From contig JBCBVV010000006.1 in the NCBI GenBank assembly GCA_039817415.1, positions 19,065-83,064 of the forward strand: DNA of 64,000 nt, in the 5' to 3' direction. This DNA is from Bacteroidota bacterium (GTDB taxonomy: Bacteria > Bacteroidota > Bacteroidia > J057). The notes beneath the pieces were generated by a model. It saw nothing but the letters and a program-made list of their open reading frames with translations, was not told where the DNA came from and did no database searches. Of the stretch, positions 1 to 8,171 are shown piece after piece (the first letter of the stretch is position 1; the number at the start of each line of letters is the position of its first letter). The position numbers were made by a program, and so were the translations under genes.

Positions 1-1
1 A

Positions 2-1252
2 CTGGATATTTTCAAAACCACCATTAACCCAGACGGGACACATGGAGAAGTAATCAATGTAGGGAAGCCCTTCAATACCCCAGGAGATGACTACGGTCTT
101 ATCCTTACCGGTGATGGAATGGAGGGATATTTCGTGAGGAATGGCGACATCTATTTTGCAGATCTGAAGCAAGCAGACCCCAGAATTAGACCTAATCCTA
201 CCAATAAGTCAGTTGAACATGCCATCGCTGGAACGGTAAGAGATAGCGTAAATTGGAAAGGCATTCCAGCCAGTGTGGTCGTGATCAATGCTCGTACCAA
301 AATTCCCGTCAACAAAATCAAGACACAATCAAACGGAAAATATTCCTTTAACATTCCTAATAGAAGTGCAGAATACGATGCCATTGTGATGGCCAAAGGA
401 TACAAAACCAAAAGGCGCAGAATCAAAGTTCAGCCAGCCACCTTTGCCCAAAAAATTACCGTAAACTTCCTCTTGGGTAAAGTTCCCCCTCCACCGGTAA
501 GCAAAGCACCCGATCCAATCCCAGAATCCCAAACCAAAGATCCGGTCGTAAGCACGACGCCCAAAACGCAAAAAGAACCCAAAGAACCTACAAGGGATAC
601 CAAAATCGGAAAAATGGAAACCCCCATTCCCAAAGGACCAAGTGAGCTTCCCCAAAAAAACAAAGCTCCGGAGCTTCCCCCCGAAAAAGATCCCTATGAT
701 TTTACAGGTGTAGCGCAAAACAACCTCATTCTCCTCTTGGATGTATCAGCTTCTATGAAGCAAGCTGATCGACTCCCATTATTGAAAGAGGCGTTTGCAA
801 ATCTTCTTTCCTATATGCGACCAGAGGACAGAATCTCAGTAGTCGTTTTTTCTAGCGATGCAAAAGTGTTGATTGAAGGAGTTTCTGCCATAGAAAAAGA
901 TCGTATTCTAAAATCTATCGATAAACTCGGTGGCGGAGGAGGAACCAAGTCCAAGTCAGCCCTCAAGAAGACACAACGCCTGGCCATTGACAACATGATT
1001 CCAGCTGGCAACAACAGAATCATCATGGCGACTGATGGATACATGGACGCCGAAGCACTTTACAACACCGCTTCAAAGATTTCTAACCAAAATATTGCAC
1101 TGTCTATTTTCAGCTTCGGCAGGATTTCTCCCAGAAGAGAAAAAGGCTTACAACAGCTGGCCGATTTGGGAGGTGGAAATTACAAAAACATTACCCGAGG
1201 CAATGTTGACAAAGCTTTGTTGGAGGAAGCGAAGGCGGTGAGGAAGAAGTAA
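2..1252 (+). CDS. vWA-domain protein, 5' partial. Domain order: TolB/PD40-like repeat, CarboxypepD_reg-like beta-sandwich, Pro/Lys-rich linker, von Willebrand A domain.
   Basis: The frame is open from base 2, so the gene continues upstream. The N-terminus reads ...NTPGDDYGLILTGDGMEGYF, which is PD40-like. The vWA MIDAS-type motif LLLDVSASM is followed by VVVFSS and IIMATDG. A PPPPVSKAPDPIPE low-complexity linker is present. Confidence 0.7.
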   Translation: MDIFKTTINPDGTHGEVINVGKPFNTPGDDYGLILTGDGMEGYFVRNGDIYFADLKQADPRIRPNPTNKSVEHAIAGTVRDSVNWKGIPASVVVINARTKIPVNKIKTQSNGKYSFNIPNRSAEYDAIVMAKGYKTKRRRIKVQPATFAQKITVNFLLGKVPPPPVSKAPDPIPESQTKDPVVSTTPKTQKEPKEPTRDTKIGKMETPIPKGPSELPQKNKAPELPPEKDPYDFTGVAQNNLILLLDVSASMKQADRLPLLKEAFANLLSYMRPEDRISVVVFSSDAKVLIEGVSAIEKDRILKSIDKLGGGGGTKSKSALKKTQRLAIDNMIPAGNNRIIMATDGYMDAEALYNTASKISNQNIALSIFSFGRISPRREKGLQQLADLGGGNYKNITRGNVDKALLEEAKAVRKK

Positions 1253-1281
1253 GAGGAGCGTTTATGGAGAGAAACAAAAAA

Positions 1282-1310
1282 ACCGGTGCTGTTGACAGCA
1301 CCGGTTTTTT
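1282..1310. terminator. Bidirectional intrinsic terminator between convergent genes
   Basis: ACCGGTGCTG-TTGA-CAGCACCGGT is a perfect 10-bp stem. It is flanked by an A-run upstream and TTTTTT downstream. Confidence 0.75.
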
Positions 1311-1333
1311 ATGCGAAAATTTATATCTGATTC

Positions 1334-1939
1334 TTATTCCTCACCCATAACCTCATCACGGTTACGAAGGGTATGGATGTTATTCTTTTTCTCGAAGTCA
1401 TACACCTCACCAAAGTTAGGGTTTCTTCTCTGGGCAAGGAATTCAAGTCTTTCCTTTACTTCTTCCTTGTCTACTAGCAGTCTATCCTTCTGGTGAATGG
1501 CTTCTCCTCTTTCCTTGAAATTGAAGTCATAGTGAGGGCTCATTACGATGGCCTCTTCAGGGCAAACTTCCTCACAATATCCGCAGTAAATACAGCGAAG
1601 CATATCAATTTCAAAGGTTTCAGGATATCTTTCCTTCGGATCGTCGGATTCGACCTCTGCCGCTTGCATAGAAATGGCAAATGGAGGGCAGGCTCTAGCA
1701 CATAAACCACATGCCACACAGCGCTCCTGATCTGCCTCTTTGACCAAAACGGGTCTCCCACGAAATTCAGGGCCTAGCTCTGGCTTTTGCTCTGGATAGC
1801 GGATGGTTACCTTTGGGCGAAACATTTGACGAAGTGTATAGCCTAACCCTTTGATAATCTCGGGTATATACAGCTTCCCAAGTGGAGTTAAGGTACGCTC
1901 CTTCTTGCTGCCTTTTGTGATACCTACGTTATTTGCCAT
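1334..1939 (-). CDS. nuoI: NADH-quinone oxidoreductase subunit I-like 2x[4Fe-4S] ferredoxin
   Basis: Two CxxCxxCxxxCP clusters are present (CVACGLCARACP and CIYCGYCEEVCP). The NuoI-type N-terminus reads IKGLGYTLRQMFRPKVTIRYPE. No other nuo genes are adjacent. Confidence 0.7.
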   Translation of the reverse strand: MANNVGITKGSKKERTLTPLGKLYIPEIIKGLGYTLRQMFRPKVTIRYPEQKPELGPEFRGRPVLVKEADQERCVACGLCARACPPFAISMQAAEVESDDPKERYPETFEIDMLRCIYCGYCEEVCPEEAIVMSPHYDFNFKERGEAIHQKDRLLVDKEEVKERLEFLAQRRNPNFGEVYDFEKKNNIHTLRNRDEVMGEE

Positions 1940-2123
1940 AAATGATGTGTTCCGAACGCTAAGTTATTAAGGTATTACTATGCGAACCAAACAAATTTGT
2001 GGAATGTTTCTCACGAAAACCAAATCGTAAGGTATTTTCCGTAATTTTATTTGTGTGAGCTCATAGCTTAAGCACCTTTTGCAGGCTAGATCGCCCCAAG
2101 CCTGACCCATAATCACCTTGTTC

Positions 2124-3005
2124 ATGTGGCATGACATCAAAGCATTTTTTCTCATTTCCCGACCTACCAATGTGGTAATTTCCTTCATTGCGTTCGGGGT
2201 AGCATGCTTTCTAGCCACTGGAACCTTAGATTTCCTACAGACCATGGAGTTTTGGGGAACTGCTACCACCATTACCATTATTGCCGCCACAGGATATTGG
2301 ATCAATGATGTGTACGACTTTAGAATCGATCGGATCAACAAACCCGATAAGGCTGTTGTCAATGCTATTCTTTCTGTAAAAAAGGTCCTTACGGTTTACT
2401 TCATTGTCAACATGTGTATCCTGGGCTTTTCTTTTCTCTTCCTAGGAGTGCTACACGGCAAACCCAATATCACCTTTATCAATTTTGTTTCTGTCCTACT
2501 CTTGTTCATTTATGCCTCTTGGCTTAAGCGTACAGGGGTAGCTGGCAACTTGGTGATCGCTTTCCTGATTGCATTGGTCCTGATTCTTGCCTATTACCTT
2601 ACCGGACAAATCAATATGGCCTTGGTTTGGGCCATTGTTTTTTCCTTCGAGATTACTTTGATCCGTGAAATCACCAAGGATGTGCAGGATATCAAGGGAG
2701 ACCTAGCCTTTCAAGTCAAAACCCTCGTGATTCAAGTAGGACTACATCGGACTAAAAATATCCTATTGATTCTCTACATCGTCTTCTTGCTCTCTACCTA
2801 TTTGCCTTTCTTCTACTATTATATCCTCTACGAAAAAGTGCTGTGGATTTACCTAGGTTTGTCCATCCTCATTGTTCAAGGACCCACTTTGTATGTCATC
2901 CTGATGATGTGGAAAGAAGAGACTCCAGAAGCCTTTGGGAAGCAATCCAGCCTCTTAAAATATGTGATGCTGACCGGAATGATCACCCTGTTTTTTATGA
3001 CCTAA
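2124..3005 (+). CDS. UbiA-family polyprenyltransferase (DGGGP-synthase-like)
   Basis: The Asp-rich motif NDVYDFRIDRINKPDK has the form NDxxDxxxD...RINxP. A second polar motif KDVQDIKGD is present, and the protein has about 8 hydrophobic helices. The ATG at 2124 is preferred over the TTG at 2118. Confidence 0.75.
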   Translation: MWHDIKAFFLISRPTNVVISFIAFGVACFLATGTLDFLQTMEFWGTATTITIIAATGYWINDVYDFRIDRINKPDKAVVNAILSVKKVLTVYFIVNMCILGFSFLFLGVLHGKPNITFINFVSVLLLFIYASWLKRTGVAGNLVIAFLIALVLILAYYLTGQINMALVWAIVFSFEITLIREITKDVQDIKGDLAFQVKTLVIQVGLHRTKNILLILYIVFLLSTYLPFFYYYILYEKVLWIYLGLSILIVQGPTLYVILMMWKEETPEAFGKQSSLLKYVMLTGMITLFFMT

Positions 3006-4351
3006 GTCTGTCTTGTCTGGAGGGATTGCTCTTGGGGCTTTCTTTTCCCCAAAAGATCAACCCCGATTAACCATCCCATCACCACCACATATTCCAGCAG
3101 TACAATCCATAGGTTTTCCTGATAGGGTAAGGTTTGGTAAGTCCAATAGGTTAGGGGCAGGAAAACAGACCAAAGCATCGGAAAGCGGATCACACTTAGG
3201 CTGCCAAGCGCAATGGCCGTCGTTACATACCATGGATGAACGATTGAGGCAAAGAGGAAGTATATACCAAATACCCATAGCATCGCTTTAGGTAGGTTCT
3301 GAATGGTAGGCTTTTTTTCCAAGAAGGTAAAAAGGAGTATGCTCAAAACACTAGCTAGAGCCAGATATTTCCCTACAATTTCCAAGGGATTCTCTTTTGT
3401 CAAATGGCCGAAACTCTCTCGGATCACATACCACAAGCTGGCATTAAACTCAAAGTTCGCGATGTACAATTCCACGCTATTGAGCATATGGGAAAAGGTC
3501 TCAGCATCCAGGATCATCAGAAAAAGTAAACCTGTGCCAAGAGCGGTAAGGAGACCATACAAGAGCACCTTTCCCCATCCCAATCTTCTAATCAACAAGG
3601 GAGAGAGCATCAAGGGGAGCATTTTACAACAAATGGCCAACACAAAGGGCAGAACTGACCACCAGATTTTCCCCCGCACCAAGAGATATATCATTGCCAG
3701 GAGACCAAATATCATCAATGCCTCGAAATGTAGATTCCCAGTCAGTTCTATGATGACCAATGGATTCCATGCATACCAAGCAGCCCACTTCAAAGGAAGC
3801 TCCCATTCCTCTAGTAATTTTCCCAAGAGCCATACACTTCCTATCTCAGCTATGAGTACAAAGGATTTCATGACCATCACACTGCCATATATGTTATGTG
3901 GAAACAACCAGGCAGAAAGGGCAAAGATCCCTTGTAATACAGGGGGATAAATGGTGTAATAATCTGGAGAATTCATCCCCTCAAATAACTCCATACCAGG
4001 CTGATAAAAGGAAGCCATTTCTGAGCTAATTAACTCCCTCGGCGTCTGGAGAAATGGATTGATACCATGGATTAACAGCCTACCATCCCATATGAAACGG
4101 AAGTAGTCGTCGGATAAAAAAGGCATGGCCAAAAACGGTAATAGACGAAGTAAGATAGATGTGAGGAGTAAAAACCTAGGAGAGCATGTGATGCCCTTTA
4201 CTTCTCTCATTTGAAGGCCATACATCAAAAAAGCCAGCGCCATCCAACTGCCCCAAAACAGCATGTTGTCTCTTACACCCGTCCAAGATTCAATAGCCAA
4301 GGCCACACCTCCCAACATAAGAAAGACGTACAGCCGCAGATTCTCCTTCAT
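3002..4351 (-). CDS. Polytopic membrane protein, GT-C-fold glycosyltransferase-like (GT87/DUF2029-like)
   Basis: There are at least 10 predicted TM helices, and the early loop reads SDDYFRFIWDGRLLIHGINPF (DxD/DD-type). The start is set at internal Met35 (MKENLRLYVF...). This leaves an 82-nt gap to the upstream gene and removes a non-hydrophobic extension. Its stop codon overlaps the stop of the convergent UbiA gene. Confidence 0.6.
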   Translation of the reverse strand: MKENLRLYVFLMLGGVALAIESWTGVRDNMLFWGSWMALAFLMYGLQMREVKGITCSPRFLLLTSILLRLLPFLAMPFLSDDYFRFIWDGRLLIHGINPFLQTPRELISSEMASFYQPGMELFEGMNSPDYYTIYPPVLQGIFALSAWLFPHNIYGSVMVMKSFVLIAEIGSVWLLGKLLEEWELPLKWAAWYAWNPLVIIELTGNLHFEALMIFGLLAMIYLLVRGKIWWSVLPFVLAICCKMLPLMLSPLLIRRLGWGKVLLYGLLTALGTGLLFLMILDAETFSHMLNSVELYIANFEFNASLWYVIRESFGHLTKENPLEIVGKYLALASVLSILLFTFLEKKPTIQNLPKAMLWVFGIYFLFASIVHPWYVTTAIALGSLSVIRFPMLWSVFLPLTYWTYQTLPYQENLWIVLLEYVVVMGWLIGVDLLGKRKPQEQSLQTRQT

Positions 4352-4433
4352 ACCAGCAATAATAAGACAAAGGAGTTGATCGTGGAAGTCAAGGCGAAGA
4401 CAATAAGGTAAGCTTAGACAGGAAAGATTCCTA

Positions 4434-5231
4434 TTAGCGGGTAGATAAGGCAACAGGCTCAGCCATGACTATCATTTTATGAAGTACTGCTTCAATTTTA
4501 GCCTTATCCTTCGATTTGACAAAAATCTGACTTAATTCATGTTCCAAAATATCTCCATTTCGCATGGAGTCAAGGCTTGACTTGATAAATTGTCGGACTT
4601 GATAGAAACTTCCATTGACCTCTTCCAACATATCCTTGCGGTAAAGCAGGATATCCGCAATTTGTCTGAGTTTCTGTAGACGTATGGTTCCCTTCTTTTC
4701 AATTTTTTGATAGTCTCCAATCAAATTGGCCAAGAAGTACGAAGGTGGCATCACTCTTATTTCCTGCTGGGAAAAAGGGATATTGCTTTTTCGGGCATGA
4801 AAGACACCTTCTTCGCACCACTTGTAATTCCAGCCCAAGAATTCCTGTTGGAGTGGAAATATACTTACGGTCATGTCCTGAAACTCCCAATCAATCACGG
4901 GAGGGGAAGGAAGGTATTTGGGAACAAAGCCCAGTTTTCTTAAGGCTCGATCTAAGTTCATGAATTCTGCCATGGTAGGCGCATCCGTGATACACTGAAT
5001 TTGGAGGAGTCCCCCGCGGGAATTCCAATCAAACTGATCGAGGTATAGCGGCATCATTTCCCTTCCTGTAAATACAAATTTACCTGGAAGAAGGTCAAGT
5101 GCCTGGCTTAGCCTCTCTAGTTTTTTCAGCTGGTGCTTATTCATGAATAATGCATCACTGAGGTCCCTCAGGACCCATGCTTGTCTGGGTTCTATAAATA
5201 TTCCAATCGACTGTTTTGGCTGACTACGCAA
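4434..5231 (-). CDS. Hypothetical protein
   Basis: A 265-aa ORF with no motif I can recognise. The start is a TTG at 5231, with an alternative ATG at 5144. Confidence 0.5.
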   Translation of the reverse strand: MRSQPKQSIGIFIEPRQAWVLRDLSDALFMNKHQLKKLERLSQALDLLPGKFVFTGREMMPLYLDQFDWNSRGGLLQIQCITDAPTMAEFMNLDRALRKLGFVPKYLPSPPVIDWEFQDMTVSIFPLQQEFLGWNYKWCEEGVFHARKSNIPFSQQEIRVMPPSYFLANLIGDYQKIEKKGTIRLQKLRQIADILLYRKDMLEEVNGSFYQVRQFIKSSLDSMRNGDILEHELSQIFVKSKDKAKIEAVLHKMIVMAEPVALSTR

Positions 5232-5442
5232 AATGATTTGAGTTCTTTAAAGTTCTTGCCTTCCGATTCAAAAACCACACCTTATTTCTATTCTATATCA
5301 CGTATCGGGGATAGCAAATCGTATGAACCTGAAAGAATAGCTCACCCAAAGCATTTTTTGCATAAAAATGCCAGCAGTCCAAGACAGGAGACTGAAGTGC
5401 TACAAATATTAGAAGTACGAAATACCTAAAGGTGACCTAGCC

Positions 5443-6105
5443 TTAAATAAATTTCGAGATTTCGTTAAGTTTTTTGCGATCTAGTTCTGGGACTTCGGCA
5501 TCATCGGGTGCATAGCCTACAGGAATCAACAAAAAAGGCCTTTCATTAGAGGGTCTTTCCAACAACTTGGTTAGAAAATTCATGGGAGAAGGCGTATGAG
5601 TCAGCGCGACAAGACCAGCTTGATGAATCGCAGTCAATAAGAAACCAGCTGCCAAACCGACAGATTCGTTTACGTAATAATTTGTCTTCTTTTGTCCTTC
5701 TTCCAGATCATATATTTTACGAAAGACCACAATAAGCCAAGGAGCAATCTCCAAAAATGGCTTATGCCAATCCGTTCCAAAGGGTGCAAGATCGTCCAAC
5801 CATGAGTCCGACATCCTCCCATGATAGTTGACATATTCTTCTTCTTCTGCGGCTTTTCTAATCTCTGATTTAACCTTGGGATCTGAAATAGCGACGAAGG
5901 TCCAAGGCTGCTTGTGCGCACCTGAGGGAGCTGTTCCGGCGGTGAGAATGATGTTCTCAATTACTTCTTTAGCGACCGGCTTGTCTGAAAACATCCGAAG
6001 ACTTCTGCGCTGGTCCATGAATTCATAAAACGCACGGGTATTGGATTTCATTTCTTCCTGAGGAACAAAGGGACGCTTGTAAGGGATGAATGACTGATCA
6101 GACAT
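5443..6105 (-). CDS. Nitroreductase-superfamily flavoprotein, iodotyrosine deiodinase (IYD)-like
   Basis: The sequence RRSLRMFSDKPV...ILTAGTAPSGAHKQPWTF is a nitroreductase FMN site. An IYD-type lid follows: EEEEYVNYHGRMSDSWLDDLAPFGTDWHKPFLEIAPWLIVVF. Confidence 0.75.
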   Translation of the reverse strand: MSDQSFIPYKRPFVPQEEMKSNTRAFYEFMDQRRSLRMFSDKPVAKEVIENIILTAGTAPSGAHKQPWTFVAISDPKVKSEIRKAAEEEEYVNYHGRMSDSWLDDLAPFGTDWHKPFLEIAPWLIVVFRKIYDLEEGQKKTNYYVNESVGLAAGFLLTAIHQAGLVALTHTPSPMNFLTKLLERPSNERPFLLIPVGYAPDDAEVPELDRKKLNEISKFI

Positions 6106-6293
6106 AGTGTGTAGTTAGTATTTAGCTGGTAAAAATATTCCCCTAGGATTCGGAGATTGGTTACTTGTACGACAATACCAAGAATCTATTTCACCTAGCG
6201 AATATAGCAAAAGCCGACAATCCACCCTTGGCTTCGATACCAACCCAATTCCGAATAAATCCAATCAATTGTGAGCAGATTCGTATAAATCCG

Positions 6294-6313
6294 TTAATTT
6301 GCGCCGAAATTAA
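6294..6313. promoter_or_regulatory. Operator-like palindrome TTAATTT-N6-AAATTAA immediately upstream of the ATG at 6321
   Basis: Perfect 7-bp inverted arms. It is preceded by two ATAAATCC-containing direct repeats at 6255-6273 and 6284-6302. Confidence 0.3.
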
Positions 6314-6320
6314 CAAATAC

Positions 6321-6926
6321 ATGGGCAAGCCCTTACTGAAAATCGGTCCTTTGACCAACCTGCAAGATGCGAGATCCAGCGCCGCAGTAGGCTTCAACCT
6401 GATTACATTCAGTATCGAAAGAGGAAGTATGAAAAAACTTCCTGTCAACATGATCTGGAGCATGATTCAATGGCTTTCTGGAACCTCTACCGTACTGGAA
6501 ATCAATAGGATCAGCCTTGAAGAACTAGAGGAGGTCAAAAAGTACTTCACCTTTGAATACCTTTCCTTTCCTATCTCAGAATGGGGCCCTGATCTTTTGA
6601 CAGTGCATGAAGGGATCGTACTAAGGCTAGACTCAACTAGCAGTCCTGATACCTGCCAACAGATCATCGCAGAAGCAGGTCATCAAGAAATCTTATTTGA
6701 GTTGACTGTTCCTTCCGTAGAAGATGCAAAAGCCTATATGGGTCTATCCGACTCACTCCTGTTAAATGTTTCGGATATGGATAGAAGCAGAGAGGCCTTG
6801 GAACAAATTGAATCTATCAAAGGTTTGTCCCTCAAAGGGGAGGCGCTAGAAGAGGATGGCATCCTGAATTATGAAGCCATAGACGATTGGATTGAGGTAT
6901 TTGAGGAAGAGTTTGATGAAGATTAG
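6321..6926 (+). CDS. Hypothetical protein with a weak TrpF/PRAI-like N-terminus and an acidic C-terminus
   Basis: MGKPLLKIGPLTNLQDARSSAAVGFNLITF resembles the PRAI N-terminal pattern (KICGxTxxxDA...GF). The start is moved from 6165 to 6321 because the upstream part looks like regulatory DNA. The C-terminus is acidic (EEEFDED). Confidence 0.45.
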   Translation: MGKPLLKIGPLTNLQDARSSAAVGFNLITFSIERGSMKKLPVNMIWSMIQWLSGTSTVLEINRISLEELEEVKKYFTFEYLSFPISEWGPDLLTVHEGIVLRLDSTSSPDTCQQIIAEAGHQEILFELTVPSVEDAKAYMGLSDSLLLNVSDMDRSREALEQIESIKGLSLKGEALEEDGILNYEAIDDWIEVFEEEFDED

Positions 6927-7047
6927 GGAGAAGCCGTGAGGGATAATATGATATACTTGATTTTTTGTCGATAGAAAACCAACGAAAAAACCTTCTACCC
7001 GTAAAGAAATTTCACCAACTTTCGCTCGGAAGCCCAATAGCAATTTC

Positions 7048-8106
7048 ATGAATAACCGCTCCTTTCAACAGGTAATTGAACGAACGGCCTATGGCGCGCT
7101 CGTGGGGGTGGTATTCGAAATTCTTAACCTAGAGTTTCGCCCACTGCTACTCTTGATCAGTGGGTTAATTGGTGCCTCCATCGGCTTCTTTACCGCTCTT
7201 CTAGATCGCTGGCTTTACAAAACCAAGCTCAGAAGAAGAAAATTCTACATTGTACTGATCGTACGAACACTCGCTTACCTCTTGGTTATTAGTGTAAGCC
7301 TGCTTGTATTTTATGCCATTTACTCCATCCTCTTCGCCAAAAATGAAGGACTATCTGTCCTAGAAAGAGAAAACCTAGAGATCTGGCTTAGAAGTGGGGA
7401 TTTTGCTTATGCTGTCTTGTATATCCTCGTCATTTTATTGGTTGTTCAGTTTATCACCTTGGTCAGCAGACTGATGGGGCCGAATATTCTCATTAACTAT
7501 TTCCTCGGCCGCTTCCATGTGCCTAAGGAGGAAGAGAGAATCTTCATGTTTATGGACCTCAGGTCATCCACTACGATCGCGGAACTGCTTGGACACCTCA
7601 AATGGCATTACTTTCTAAATGACTTCTTCTATGACATTGCCGAGCCCGTTCGAAAAAGTCGGGGCGAAATTTACCAGTATGTAGGGGATGAAGTCGTGGT
7701 AAGTTGGCCAAAGGAAATTGGCTTAAAGAAGCTGAATTGTATCCATGCCTTCTTTGACATTTATAACAGAATGGCTGAACGTAAGGAATACTATTTAGAA
7801 ACCTATGGATATGAACCAGTCTTCAAAGCGGGTTATCACGTAGGAATGGTCGTCATTGGTGAGATTGGTGATTTTAAACGCGATGTCGTTTTTCATGGCG
7901 ATACCGTGAATACTGCCTCAAGAATTCAAACAGAGTGTAACCACTACAACCGTAGGCTACTCCTTTCTGATACTTTGCTTGACCAACTTAACTTGGGAGA
8001 GGAATACACCTCAGAATATATCACCAAAATCAAGCTGAGAGGAAAAGAACAAATCCTTGAATTACACAGCTTAGATCCTGTGGACATTGAAAATGTACCA
8101 ACTTAA
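7048..8106 (+). CDS. Membrane-anchored class III adenylate/guanylate cyclase
   Basis: The N-terminus has about 4-5 TM helices. The catalytic core motifs are IFMFMDLRSSTTIAE, YVGDEVVVSW and FHGDTVNTASRIQ. Confidence 0.85.
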   Translation: MNNRSFQQVIERTAYGALVGVVFEILNLEFRPLLLLISGLIGASIGFFTALLDRWLYKTKLRRRKFYIVLIVRTLAYLLVISVSLLVFYAIYSILFAKNEGLSVLERENLEIWLRSGDFAYAVLYILVILLVVQFITLVSRLMGPNILINYFLGRFHVPKEEERIFMFMDLRSSTTIAELLGHLKWHYFLNDFFYDIAEPVRKSRGEIYQYVGDEVVVSWPKEIGLKKLNCIHAFFDIYNRMAERKEYYLETYGYEPVFKAGYHVGMVVIGEIGDFKRDVVFHGDTVNTASRIQTECNHYNRRLLLSDTLLDQLNLGEEYTSEYITKIKLRGKEQILELHSLDPVDIENVPT

Positions 8107-8141
8107 AAAAGGCCTTCCGAAAATATCAGAAGGCCTTTTTT
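8105..8141. terminator. Bidirectional intrinsic terminator (cyclase/htpG convergent pair)
   Basis: AAAAAA-GGCCTTC-loop-GAAGGCC-TTTTTT. Confidence 0.75.
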
Positions 8142-8171
8142 ATATCATATCTCTTGGAAAAATTCTTCCCC

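Noticed and set aside
3303-3950. The 215-aa plus-strand ORF antisense to the GT-C-like membrane protein
   Set aside because: The minus-strand frame gives a coherent multi-TM protein. The plus-strand product is basic and low-complexity, typical of a shadow ORF.
6165-6320. The N-terminal 52 codons of the 253-aa ORF
   Set aside because: This stretch contains repeats and a palindrome typical of regulatory DNA. A good ATG at 6321 begins the conserved-looking domain.
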